A DNA stretch of 64,000 nucleotides. It comes from a virus. The notes beneath the pieces were generated by a model, which made no database searches, had not been told where the DNA came from, and saw only the letters and a program-made list of their open reading frames with translations. Positions 19,155-28,112 of this stretch are shown here, one piece after another; the stretch's first letter is position 1; every line of letters begins with the position of its first letter. The translations under genes and the position numbers were made by a program. The stretch covers positions 1-64,000 of the IMG/VR virus record IMGVR_UViG_3300035670_000114; one strand, 5' to 3'.

Positions 19155-20066
19155 ATGGGTCTCAGTCTCGTTGAGGCGAAGAAGCACAGCCGCAATCCTC
19201 AGGAAATCGCGGTCATTACCGAGCTCTCCGCCGGCCCCCTTCTCAGCACCATCCCCTTTCGCAACATCCAAGGCTCGGGCCTCTTCTACAAGCGTGAAGA
19301 GAGCCTCGGCGACGTCGGCTTCCGCTCGTTCAACGAAGGCTACGACGAGAGCTACGCCGAAATCCGCCAGTACAGCGAGGCGCTGAAGCTCTTCGGTGGC
19401 GACATCCGCGTTGACCGCGCCATGGTCGAACTGGAGGGTGCCCAAGCCCGCGCTTACCAGATCCAAGCCAAGGTTCGCGCCATGCGCCTGGCATGGGAAG
19501 GCCTCTTCATCAACGGCGACAGTAACAGCACCGCCGCCGAATTCGACGGCCTCGCCCTGCGCCTGCCCGCCGCCGAGGCTGGGAGCCACTCCCAGGTGAT
19601 CGCCAACGGCAGCTCCGCCGCTGCCCTCAACCTGAACAAGCTGGACGAAGCCATCGACGCCGTGGACGCCCAGGGCGGCCAGAAGTACCTGGTGATGTCC
19701 AAGAGCGCCCGCCGCCACCTGTCCGCCGTGGCTCGTGCCTCCGGCCAGATCGACATCCAGCGCTCCGAGTTCGGCGGCCAGCAGCTCGTGTACGGTGGCC
19801 TGCCCGTCCTGGAGATCGACCGCGACCACAAGAACCTGCCCATCCTGGACGGCACCCCGACCGACCAGTCGATCTACGTGGTGTCCTTCGGCAACGACCA
19901 CGTGACCGGCATCCAGAACGGCGGCCCTCAGGTCCGCGACCTGGGTGAGGCCACCGAGGGCCCCTACCTCGTGACCCGCGTCGAGTGGCTCTGCGGCCTG
20001 GCCGTCATCAACGGCCGCTCCGCCGCCCGCCTGACCAAGGTGAACGCCAACGCCTCGATCGTCTGA
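19155..20066 (+). CDS. major capsid protein
   Basis: 303 aa from MGLSLVEAKK; FRSFNEGY, FINGD...EFDGL, C-terminal SAARL; strong codon bias; flanked by terminators. Confidence 0.85.
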   Translation: MGLSLVEAKKHSRNPQEIAVITELSAGPLLSTIPFRNIQGSGLFYKREESLGDVGFRSFNEGYDESYAEIRQYSEALKLFGGDIRVDRAMVELEGAQARAYQIQAKVRAMRLAWEGLFINGDSNSTAAEFDGLALRLPAAEAGSHSQVIANGSSAAALNLNKLDEAIDAVDAQGGQKYLVMSKSARRHLSAVARASGQIDIQRSEFGGQQLVYGGLPVLEIDRDHKNLPILDGTPTDQSIYVVSFGNDHVTGIQNGGPQVRDLGEATEGPYLVTRVEWLCGLAVINGRSAARLTKVNANASIV

Positions 20067-20086
20067 TCGCTGCACCAGCAACCAAC

Positions 20087-20111
20087 GGAGGGGCTTCGGC
20101 CCCTCCTTTTT
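20087..20111 (+). terminator. intrinsic terminator
   Basis: GGAGGGGC-TTCG-GCCCCTCC-T5. Confidence 0.9.
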
Positions 20112-20180
20112 ATTACCCACCCGTAATCACCATAAAAACACCCAACGTCACCACGCGCCCCTCGGACCCACCCCAAAAAA

Positions 20181-20189
20181 GGAATACTA
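20181..20189 (+). promoter_or_regulatory. putative late promoter GGAATACTA
   Basis: After terminator, 22 nt before ATG. Confidence 0.65.
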
Positions 20190-20211
20190 AGACAGCCCCA
20201 GGAGTTGGTCC

Positions 20212-20553
20212 ATGATCGGAACGCTCGGCCAATTTGTTCGCGAGATCCGCGACAAGCTTGCCGGCGTCGGTGACCCGATTCCTGTAACCGGAAGCTTTGC
20301 CGCGCCCGTCGGCGGCGCCACCGAAGCCAAGCAAGACGCCCAGCTCGCCAAGATGCCTGACCTGGTATCTGGCAGCGTCCCAGTGGTCACCGGCCTGGAG
20401 ATTCCCGAGCACGACCACATCTCACTCTCCTACACGTCCGGCAACCTGACCGGCGTCACCTACCGAACCGGCGGCTCCGGCGGCACCGTCGTCGCAACCC
20501 TGACCCTGGCCTACGACGGCAGCAACAACCTGCTAACGGTCACGAAGTCATAA
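20212..20553 (+). CDS. virion structural protein
   Basis: GGSGGTVVATLTLAYD..NNL pattern. Confidence 0.55.
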   Translation: MIGTLGQFVREIRDKLAGVGDPIPVTGSFAAPVGGATEAKQDAQLAKMPDLVSGSVPVVTGLEIPEHDHISLSYTSGNLTGVTYRTGGSGGTVVATLTLAYDGSNNLLTVTKS

Positions 20554-20563
20554 GGAGGCACCC

Positions 20564-21709
20564 ATGGGTATCCAGTTCAACCCATTCACCGGCAACCTCG
20601 ACTTCGTCGGCACCGTCCCCGACCCGCTGACGCTCAACGAGCTGACGGTCAACACCCTGCTAACCGCCGCCCACATCCACGGCAACATTGCAGGCTCCTT
20701 CTACATCCACATCAAGAACACCGACACCGTCGAGCTCCCGAAGGGCACGCCCTTCTACCTGAGTGGCACCGTCGGCGGTAGCGACCGCGTCGAAGTCAAG
20801 GCCGCTCGTGGCGACGACCCCGCCAAGGGTCCCGCGATCGGTCTCCTCGAAACCACCCTAGCCGTCAACGGCGAAGGCAACGGCGTCATCCTCGGCGAAA
20901 TCTTCACCTACGACACCGCCACCCCGGGCTGGACCACCAACCAGCCCCTCTACGTGTCGGCCACCGGCGGCCTCACCAACGTCCGCCCAACCACCGGTTA
21001 CCGCCAGGTGGTCGCCTACGCCGGCCGCATCCACGCCAGTACCGGCACCATCGTCGTCGTCGGCAACCAGCGCGAGAACGTCCAGGGTAACACCGGCGAG
21101 GTCCAGATCAACCTGGACGGCGGCATCGGCACCATCGCCGGCTTCCGCTGGAACTCCTCCACGGGAACCCTCGAAGTCCCCGGCGACATCGAGCTCGACG
21201 ACGGCGGCACCTACACGACCACCCTTCAGATGGTCACCCCAACCGCCGATCGGGTGATCAGCTTCCCAGACCGCACCGGCACCCTCGCCCTAGTCTCCGG
21301 CTCTAATGGGCAGGTTGCCTACAACCTCAATGGCGCCCAAGCCGGCGGCGCCCTGATCGTCGACCCGACAACCGGCGCCTTCGGGTACGGCTCTGGCACC
21401 GGTGGCGCCGTCACGCAGGCCACCAACAAGGCCACTGGCGTCACCCTCAATACCCAGTGCGGCCAGATCACCATGAACGCCGCCGCCCTGGCGGCCGACA
21501 CCTCGGTGTCGTTCGTCCTAGCCAACAGCAAAATCGCCGCCAACGATCTCCTCCTAATCAACCACATCTCGGGTGGCACATTCATGGCGTACGTGGTTGA
21601 TAGCAGATGCGCCGCAGGCTCGGCGACAATCGGCATCCGAAACGTGACGCCGGGGTCGTTGAGCGAGGCCATCGTCCTTGCCTTCGCGGTCATCAAAGCC
21701 ACCACCTGA
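20564..21709 (+). CDS. fibre-like structural protein
   Basis: FNPFTGNLD N-terminus, modular Gly/Thr-rich segments. Confidence 0.55.
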   Translation: MGIQFNPFTGNLDFVGTVPDPLTLNELTVNTLLTAAHIHGNIAGSFYIHIKNTDTVELPKGTPFYLSGTVGGSDRVEVKAARGDDPAKGPAIGLLETTLAVNGEGNGVILGEIFTYDTATPGWTTNQPLYVSATGGLTNVRPTTGYRQVVAYAGRIHASTGTIVVVGNQRENVQGNTGEVQINLDGGIGTIAGFRWNSSTGTLEVPGDIELDDGGTYTTTLQMVTPTADRVISFPDRTGTLALVSGSNGQVAYNLNGAQAGGALIVDPTTGAFGYGSGTGGAVTQATNKATGVTLNTQCGQITMNAAALAADTSVSFVLANSKIAANDLLLINHISGGTFMAYVVDSRCAAGSATIGIRNVTPGSLSEAIVLAFAVIKATT

Positions 21710-21722
21710 TCCCTCTGATCCC

Positions 21723-22208
21723 ATGGCCAGCGTCACAATTACAGTCGCCATCGACGAAGCCTTCATCCCTGGGCTGCGAGCCGAACTGCATTTGCAGGCG
21801 CAAGGCGGCAACTTTTGGGATTCGGCGGAAGCGTACGTGCAAGCCAGCGCGAACGAACTCATGCGCCAAGCCTGCGAACGCTATCGAGTTGGCCCCTACT
21901 GGCGCCCATCAGAGCCGCCAGTATTCAACCAGGACGGCACCCTCAACGTGCCCCCGCCAGAAGAGACGCTACCCGGCGGCGGCACGGACGAGCTGATTGA
22001 CCCCCTGGCAGACGAAGTCGTTGACCCAACGGCAGAACCCCTCGATCCTCCGGCTGACACAACTGAGCCCACCCTCGTCCGCGCTCGCAACGAAGAGGGC
22101 GAGTACGTCGGCGACGACCCAACCACCCCCGAGAACGAGGCCTGGGTCGCCGTAGCCGAGCCCCCCATCGAAGACAGCAACACTACCAGCGAGGGGCCGA
22201 TCGAATGA
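21723..22208 (+). CDS. acidic Pro-rich hypothetical protein
   Basis: RARNEEGEYVGDDPTTP motif; stop overlaps next ATG. Confidence 0.5.
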   Translation: MASVTITVAIDEAFIPGLRAELHLQAQGGNFWDSAEAYVQASANELMRQACERYRVGPYWRPSEPPVFNQDGTLNVPPPEETLPGGGTDELIDPLADEVVDPTAEPLDPPADTTEPTLVRARNEEGEYVGDDPTTPENEAWVAVAEPPIEDSNTTSEGPIE

Positions 22209-23017
22209 GCATGATCTGGCGGCCTGGCTATGTCACATCATTTGCTGATCCAGATGTTCAGGCGTATCTGACTGCCGTAGAAGAGGCAGATAATGCGTCC
22301 CTTGAATACCCGGTAGCAGTCCTGATTGACGAGTTTATTCGTGGCTGCAAGTTTGATGGAATATGGGATGCTATCAAGGCCGCTTGCATCATGGCAGGTG
22401 CTCGTACACTTGCCGGAGCGCTTGTGCCATTAAAAGGGGCAGCGCCGACGAATGTTGGCTTTGTGGCAGGTGACTATGACCGGAAGACGGGGCTGGGTGA
22501 TCCCTTTAATACCGCAAAATATCTGAACAGCAACCGCGTCGGCTCGGATCAGCCCCAAAATAATGCACACATCAGCGCATACGTTTCCCAGGTGGCCACA
22601 AGCGGCCCAACCTCTTATCCCGTTTATATTGGTTCATACGGAAGCACTGCTAACGTCCTAACTGGCTCCTTGCACTTTGGCAGAAACAATAACAATGGAA
22701 CACTTTTCGGAAGAGGCGTATCTAGCGTTTACGAAGCAAATCTAGGGAGCGGTTCTGCCGTGGGGTTTAAGGGTATCAGCAGATCATCGTCAGCCAATTT
22801 CGTCTATAGAAATAACTCAACCAGCGCGACGATTACAAGAACCTCGGAGGCGCCGGGCAATGCGCCTGTATTGGTTTTTGCCGTAGGCGGCTCGGCTGCG
22901 CTAGAGATTTCAAACGCCCGACTCTCCTGCTACTCCATCGGCGAGTCACTAAATCTAGCCCTGCTCGACGCCAGGATAACCACCCTGATGCAAGCACTGT
23001 CCATTGCAATCCCATGA
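22205..23017 (+). CDS. lectin-like virion protein, cassette 1
   Basis: DPDVQAYLTAVE N-terminus; low-GC beta-rich core. Confidence 0.5.
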   Translation: MSMIWRPGYVTSFADPDVQAYLTAVEEADNASLEYPVAVLIDEFIRGCKFDGIWDAIKAACIMAGARTLAGALVPLKGAAPTNVGFVAGDYDRKTGLGDPFNTAKYLNSNRVGSDQPQNNAHISAYVSQVATSGPTSYPVYIGSYGSTANVLTGSLHFGRNNNNGTLFGRGVSSVYEANLGSGSAVGFKGISRSSSANFVYRNNSTSATITRTSEAPGNAPVLVFAVGGSAALEISNARLSCYSIGESLNLALLDARITTLMQALSIAIP

Positions 23018-23042
23018 CACTAACCCATAGCACTACGAGGAA

Positions 23043-23765
23043 ATGACGATCTACGTCCCCGGAAAGCTGACGTTTCGGAAGCAGACCGTATCTGCAGATC
23101 CGTACTACAACAACGTCTCGCTGCTGCTTCACGGCGATGGTGTTAACGGCAGCACGACCATCGTGGATAGCAGCCCATCGCCCAAGATTGTCACTGCTGT
23201 AGGAAACGCGCAGATCGGCACTGCGCAAAGCAAGTTTGGTGGGGCAAGTATTGCGTTTGATGGTGCGGGAGATTACTTGCAGTCGCCATCTAATTCAGGT
23301 TTTCAAATTGGTACAGGCGATTTCACCCTCGAAGCCTGGATACATCCTCTTGCGTTCGCAAGTGAGCCTAATTTCAACGATTTCGGTTCTATTTTTGATT
23401 TTCGCACCGCAGGCGTTAGCCAAGTAAACATACTTTTGACATTTTTGGGTAGTTCTAATCTTGTTTTTTTTGTAGATGGCCTAACTCGCATCACCGGAGC
23501 CGCAATATCCGTAAATCAATGGACACACGTTGCATTATGTAAATCAAGCGGAACCACCAGACTATTTATTAACGGTGCGCAATCCGGGGTAAATTATTCA
23601 GACGCAAACAATTATACATCATCTGCATTCAGGATAGCAGGCAATGTCAGCGCGAATGCTTTTTTCCACGGCTACATAGATGACGTAAGAATTACGAAAG
23701 GAATCGCCCGCTATCAATCGGCGTTCACCCCGCCCACCGCACCGTTCCCCGAGGTACTCGGATGA
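23043..23765 (+). CDS. LamG/ConA-like lectin domain protein, cassette 2
   Basis: SLLLHGDG, FDGAGDYL, DFTLEAWI, NQWTHVA, GYIDDVRITKG. Confidence 0.85.
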   Translation: MTIYVPGKLTFRKQTVSADPYYNNVSLLLHGDGVNGSTTIVDSSPSPKIVTAVGNAQIGTAQSKFGGASIAFDGAGDYLQSPSNSGFQIGTGDFTLEAWIHPLAFASEPNFNDFGSIFDFRTAGVSQVNILLTFLGSSNLVFFVDGLTRITGAAISVNQWTHVALCKSSGTTRLFINGAQSGVNYSDANNYTSSAFRIAGNVSANAFFHGYIDDVRITKGIARYQSAFTPPTAPFPEVLG

Positions 23766-23799
23766 CCCCCACCCTAACCATTGCCACTACGAGGACGCC

Positions 23800-24636
23800 A
23801 TGAGCTGGATTATCACGCCGCAGCAGAAGCATCCGGTTTCACCATTCCTCCTTGACACTTATCCCGGCGCTGCTGCTGCATACAGCCTAAGACAGCTTCG
23901 CACAGGCGTTACAAATGTTGTCCGCGTACGTCGCAGTAGCGATAACGCAGAACTGGACTTCACGGCTGCGCAAGTCACTAATGGCACGCTAACTGGATGG
24001 GTTGGAGCTGGGAATAATGGGTTTGTGCGGACGTGGTATGACCAAAGCGGCAACGGAAGGGATGCTTCACAAACCACAACAAGCCAGCAGCCCGAAATTG
24101 TCTTAAATGGAGCGTTAATAACCGAAGGCTTAAAACCTGCCCTAAGTTTTAATGGAATCAGCCATTCATTCAACCATAATTATTCAATAACTACTGCCTC
24201 AACGATATTGGCCGTCGCCAAACTAACTGCTGTAGCAAGCTCAGTTGAGCCAATCTACGAAGCTACAGCCCCAAATACATCTTTAAGAAATGGGATGATT
24301 GGTGACGCCAACAACTCTGGCCAATGGGGCACATATATGAATAGTTGGAAACTGTCAGGCTATTCGGCGCAAGGCACTCGCCGACTAATGATTAGCATTA
24401 GCGATGGCTTGACATCAGGAACAGTTCAAAACACTTTAGCCACAAACGGGGCAGTTACAACAGTTACGGATACTGGACGCTATGCAGGTGACGCACTGGA
24501 TAGGCGGTCAATTATGCGAACCTCACTCGATTTTACCCGAGGCGTTGTCCAAGAGATAATTGTATGGCCAACAGCGCAAACCTCAAGCAGGGTTGGGATT
24601 GAATCCAACATCAACGGCCACTACGCCATCTACTGA
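23800..24636 (+). CDS. ConA/arabinofuranosidase-B-like lectin domain protein, cassette 3
   Basis: AAAAYSLRQL, VRVRRSSDN, TWYDQSGNGRDA. Confidence 0.7.
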   Translation: MSWIITPQQKHPVSPFLLDTYPGAAAAYSLRQLRTGVTNVVRVRRSSDNAELDFTAAQVTNGTLTGWVGAGNNGFVRTWYDQSGNGRDASQTTTSQQPEIVLNGALITEGLKPALSFNGISHSFNHNYSITTASTILAVAKLTAVASSVEPIYEATAPNTSLRNGMIGDANNSGQWGTYMNSWKLSGYSAQGTRRLMISISDGLTSGTVQNTLATNGAVTTVTDTGRYAGDALDRRSIMRTSLDFTRGVVQEIIVWPTAQTSSRVGIESNINGHYAIY

Positions 24637-24734
24637 CACCTCCTAGTGTCCCCGTCTAAGGCGACCACCTGACGCCAAGGAACCCTAGCTTGCGCCCGCC
24701 GCGTCGTGCGCCAAGCTTCCCTCGCCTCATACCG

Positions 24735-25289
24735 ATGTCCGCTCCAACCGTCCCGCCGGCCATCCGCGCCTCACTGCTCGCCCTGGCGCTCCCCCTGCTC
24801 GCCGGCGGCTCCTACGTCTGGATCAGTTGCGAGCGATTCGCCTCCAAGCCTGGCGAGTGCGCCCTGCAGTGGACTCAGGCCGCTGGCGTTATCAGCACCG
24901 GCGTCGGCTGGGTCCAAGGCTTCTGGCAACCCAACCAGGTGCTCCGCAAGCGCGAACAAGAGCTCCTGCTCACGCCTCCGCCGGTTGCCGCCGGCCCCGC
25001 GCCCGAGCCGCCCGCCTCGCCCTCCTTCTCGTTCTCGACGCAGCCCTACTCTCCGCCCTCTCTTTCGCTTACCCCTGTTCCACCCGCAAGCGACGACGTC
25101 TCCTGGTCCTTCCCGGAGCCAACCCCTCCCCCGGCGGCCGACACCTATTCGACCGACGAGCTGGAGGCCATGACCGTAGTCGAGCTGCGCGAACTCGGCC
25201 GCAGGCTTGAGCTGCGCCCCCTCCACTCGAACGCCAGAAAGGGCGAGCTTGTCGAGTGGATCGCCGGCCAGCCCAAGCTCGTCGACTGA
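24735..25289 (+). CDS. membrane-anchored protein with C-terminal Rho-N/HeH-like domain
   Basis: Hydrophobic N-terminal helix, Pro/Ser linker, LEAMTVVELRELG...RKGELVEWI. Confidence 0.6.
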   Translation: MSAPTVPPAIRASLLALALPLLAGGSYVWISCERFASKPGECALQWTQAAGVISTGVGWVQGFWQPNQVLRKREQELLLTPPPVAAGPAPEPPASPSFSFSTQPYSPPSLSLTPVPPASDDVSWSFPEPTPPPAADTYSTDELEAMTVVELRELGRRLELRPLHSNARKGELVEWIAGQPKLVD

Positions 25290-25338
25290 CGACTACGAGT
25301 GGGGTCGTGATAGGGTGTGAGCAGCACCCCAAGGCATC

Positions 25339-26199
25339 ATGACCCCAACCCTGCAGCAGACCTGGCACCAGTTTCTGGAGGAGCGCAAGATCTCGCTGTC
25401 GCCCACCAGCGTGGTCACCGACTACACGCAGGTGACCAAGTGGCTTGCTCGCTGCCCCGTCCAGGACCTCGAACAGGGCCGACGCATCTTGATCTGGATC
25501 CTCCAGCAGGAACCCGTCAAGTCGTCCCGCCGCGTCTGCATGTTTGTGCGCTCCATGTACAAGTGGGCCTCCTCGGAGGACGTCGGCATCCTGCAGCGCA
25601 ATCCCGTCGGCAACTTCAAGATGCCCAAGGCCCCTCAGGGCAACGGGGAGATCGTCGTCATCAACAAACAGGAACTCAACCTGATCATGATCGCCCTGCG
25701 CGTCAAGTCTCACCACCGCAGCGTCGACTGGTCACTGTTTGCCGAATTCATGCTCCAGACCGGCATGCGCACCGGCGAGGTACGCGCCCTTAAGTGGTCC
25801 GACATCCCGTCAGACGAGAACCGCATCCTGGTCCACAGCAACTACACCCTGACCCACGGCCACAAGCCCAGCACCAAAACCAACAAGCAGCGCTGGGTGC
25901 CGCTCAACGAGAGGTGTCTCGAAATCCTGCAGGAGCTCCCCCGCTCCAGCGAATACATCTTCCCCTGGAACCGTTACACCTTCCAGTCCTTCTTCCGCAC
26001 CAAGGTCGACCAACTCCATCGCGCCGGCTTGATCAAGGGCCGCTATCGCCCCTACGACCTGCGCCACGTCGCCATCAGTCGCTGGCTTGAAGCCGGCATC
26101 CCCGTCACGCAGGCCGCGTCGTGGGCCGGCAACACCAGCGAGGTCATCTGGAAGCACTACGCCAACAGCACCCAAGACTACGCCATGCCCGTCCTGTAA
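25339..26199 (+). CDS. tyrosine recombinase/integrase
   Basis: TGMRTGE, KT.K.R.VPL, PYDLRH, WAGN, KHY catalytic set; 286 aa, no arm-binding domain. Confidence 0.92.
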   Translation: MTPTLQQTWHQFLEERKISLSPTSVVTDYTQVTKWLARCPVQDLEQGRRILIWILQQEPVKSSRRVCMFVRSMYKWASSEDVGILQRNPVGNFKMPKAPQGNGEIVVINKQELNLIMIALRVKSHHRSVDWSLFAEFMLQTGMRTGEVRALKWSDIPSDENRILVHSNYTLTHGHKPSTKTNKQRWVPLNERCLEILQELPRSSEYIFPWNRYTFQSFFRTKVDQLHRAGLIKGRYRPYDLRHVAISRWLEAGIPVTQAASWAGNTSEVIWKHYANSTQDYAMPVL

Positions 26200-26222
26200 C
26201 TCGCCCCTACCGAGCTCCCTTT

Positions 26223-26231
26223 GGCAACCTA
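26223..26231 (+). promoter_or_regulatory. putative late promoter GGCAACCTA
   Basis: 57 nt before 26289. Confidence 0.6.
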
Positions 26232-26288
26232 ATGTGACGGCGCCAAACCTCTACGAGGCGCGTCTACGTTCACCTCTGGAGACCCACA

Positions 26289-26693
26289 ATGGGAGCCCGC
26301 TCTACTTATCCGATTCGCGAGGCGTTTCATCTCGACGAAAACACCCGCATCACCACGACCGCCAAGGACCTGGGTGTTGACCTCGGCAACATCAAGACCA
26401 TCCGCCTGATCGTCCTGGATGCCACCGTGGTGCAGGCGGCCGGCGGCGGCACCAACGCCACCATCCAACTGCAAGACGCCGACAACTCCGACGCCGTCTT
26501 CCACACCATCACCTCCGCCGACCTGGCCAACGTGGACGCCAATGGCGTGTACCTGGAGCACGTGCGCGGCGCCCTCTGGGAAGGCATCCGCAACGTGAAG
26601 TACGTCTACACCGCCGGCACCGCTGGCGGCGGCACCGCTGGCGCCATCTCCGGCTTCTCGGTGTACGTGGACGCAGTGGAAGTCAACTACTGA
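26289..26693 (+). CDS. probable abundant virion (capsid decoration-like) protein
   Basis: Beta-rich 134 aa; strong codon bias; own late motif, structured leader and terminator. Confidence 0.5.
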   Translation: MGARSTYPIREAFHLDENTRITTTAKDLGVDLGNIKTIRLIVLDATVVQAAGGGTNATIQLQDADNSDAVFHTITSADLANVDANGVYLEHVRGALWEGIRNVKYVYTAGTAGGGTAGAISGFSVYVDAVEVNY

Positions 26694-26718
26694 TCTCCCC
26701 ACTCAAATCAGCCAACCA

Positions 26719-26743
26719 AGCCCCGGCCACCCGGGGCTCTTTT
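26719..26743 (+). terminator. intrinsic terminator
   Basis: AGCCCCGG-CCAC-CCGGGGCT-CTTTT. Confidence 0.85.
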
Positions 26744-26745
26744 GT

Positions 26746-26754
26746 GGAAACCTA
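26746..26754 (+). promoter_or_regulatory. putative late promoter GGAAACCTA
   Basis: Directly after terminator, 22 nt before ATG. Confidence 0.65.
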
Positions 26755-26776
26755 AGTCACCGCACCCGCGCCTTCA

Positions 26777-27169
26777 ATGCACCTGCAGCCGTACCCCCAA
26801 TACTTCCTCAAGGACGGTGAACGCCGTGCGGCCAACTACACCGTCGAGGCCCGCGAGCTGCTCGAAACCGGCTGGGTCGCCGAGAAGAACGCCCTGATCG
26901 AGGCCCTCTCCTCCGCACCCACCACCGAACCCGCCCCCGAGCCCGAACCCGCTGAGCCGGCCGAGCCCGCCGAGCAAGTCGACGCCGACGTCGTCGAAGA
27001 CGAAGACGCCGAGCCCGCGCCGATCGACGAGCGCATCGAGGACGCCGACGTCGTCGACTTCGCCGCCATGACCAGGCTCCAGCTCCTGGCCTACGCCGAG
27101 AAGCGCGGCGTTGACCTGCGCAACAACCTCTCGAAGGCCGAGCTGATCGAAGCCTGTCAAGCCCTCTGA
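26777..27169 (+). CDS. acidic protein with C-terminal HeH/Rho-N-like domain
   Basis: MTRLQLLAYAEKRGVDL....SKAELIEA. Confidence 0.6.
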   Translation: MHLQPYPQYFLKDGERRAANYTVEARELLETGWVAEKNALIEALSSAPTTEPAPEPEPAEPAEPAEQVDADVVEDEDAEPAPIDERIEDADVVDFAAMTRLQLLAYAEKRGVDLRNNLSKAELIEACQAL

Positions 27170-27351
27170 TGGAATTCGAGTACACCACAGGGCCCCGCTA
27201 CCTGGAGGACGGCCGAAACCTCGACTCCGACGTCTCCGCCGTCCACCCGGTCGTAACCCGCCGCGAGATCAATCAGCCAGTGTCTGACGGCTCCCTCGGC
27301 GAACCCGGCTACGAACCAGGCCAGTTCAACAAGGACAACCTGCCCCTCTGA
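27169..27351 (+). CDS. small acidic hypothetical protein
   Basis: TGATG coupling to upstream gene. Confidence 0.5.
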   Translation: MEFEYTTGPRYLEDGRNLDSDVSAVHPVVTRREINQPVSDGSLGEPGYEPGQFNKDNLPL

Positions 27352-27353
27352 CC

Positions 27354-27434
27354 ATGGCAATGAGCAAAATCGCCGCCTCGGCCCACGGCTCCACCAAGAA
27401 GAAGCCCGCCCCCAAGACGACCAAAGGCAAATGA
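27354..27434 (+). CDS. 26-aa Lys-rich microprotein
   Basis: MAMSKIAAS...TTKGK*; fills the gap with ATGA overlap. Confidence 0.4.
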   Translation: MAMSKIAASAHGSTKKKPAPKTTKGK

Positions 27435-27706
27435 CCATCAAGTACAGGGGCGAAACCTTCGAGGACTACAACACGCCCAAGGCGACCCCGAATCACCCGA
27501 CGAAGTCCCACGCCGTCTTGGCCCGAGAGAAGGGCAAAGTCAAGCTGATTCGCTTCGGCGAGCAGGGCGCTACCGGCTCGCCATACCGCAAGGGCGAGAG
27601 CAAGGCCGACACCCAGCGCCGCCGCGATTGGCTGAACAGGCACGAAGAGAACATCAAGAAAGGCAAGCTGTTCCCAGCCTGGTGGGCCAAGAAGGTCAAG
27701 TGGTAG
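27431..27706 (+). CDS. small basic protein
   Basis: KSHAVLA...KLIRFGEQG...WAKKVKW. Confidence 0.65.
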   Translation: MTIKYRGETFEDYNTPKATPNHPTKSHAVLAREKGKVKLIRFGEQGATGSPYRKGESKADTQRRRDWLNRHEENIKKGKLFPAWWAKKVKW

Positions 27707-27717
27707 CCCCACACAAA

Positions 27718-27726
27718 GGCAGCCTA
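27718..27726 (+). promoter_or_regulatory. putative late promoter GGCAGCCTA
   Basis: 22 nt before ATG. Confidence 0.6.
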
Positions 27727-27748
27727 CTGCATGTTGCGGTGACCTCCA

Positions 27749-28045
27749 ATGGCTGAGGCAAAACGAAAGAGATCAACCGCTGACTTCTACGCCAGCAACC
27801 CCGAGGCCTACGCCAAGAAGCTTCGCTACGACAAGAAGCGAAACGCCAAGCCCGACCGCAAGAAGTACCGCGCCGAGCTCGCCCGCGAGCGTCGCGCACG
27901 CGGCATCATGGGCAAGGGCGGTCCAGACGTCAGCCACACCGCTGGCGGTGGCTTCAAGCTCGAAAATCCCTCTCGCAACCGCGCCCGAAACGGCCACGGC
28001 AACAACGGCCGCCTCGCGCCAGGCAAGGGCACCAGGCGCTCCTGA
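27749..28045 (+). CDS. basic protein with degenerate HNH-like motif
   Basis: DVSH...ENPSRNRARN. Confidence 0.55.
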   Translation: MAEAKRKRSTADFYASNPEAYAKKLRYDKKRNAKPDRKKYRAELARERRARGIMGKGGPDVSHTAGGGFKLENPSRNRARNGHGNNGRLAPGKGTRRS

Positions 28046-28060
28046 CCCAGTTGATCGACA

Positions 28061-28069
28061 GGCATCCTA
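28061..28069 (+). promoter_or_regulatory. putative late promoter GGCATCCTA
   Basis: Before lysis genes. Confidence 0.6.
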
Positions 28070-28112
28070 GTTGGTAGCAAACGCCGAAGCGGAGCCCGGC
28101 CTGGTCAGCCCT

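Noticed and set aside
22205-24636. Diversity-generating retroelement acting on the lectin genes
   Set aside because: No reverse transcriptase and no TR/VR pair visible in the window.
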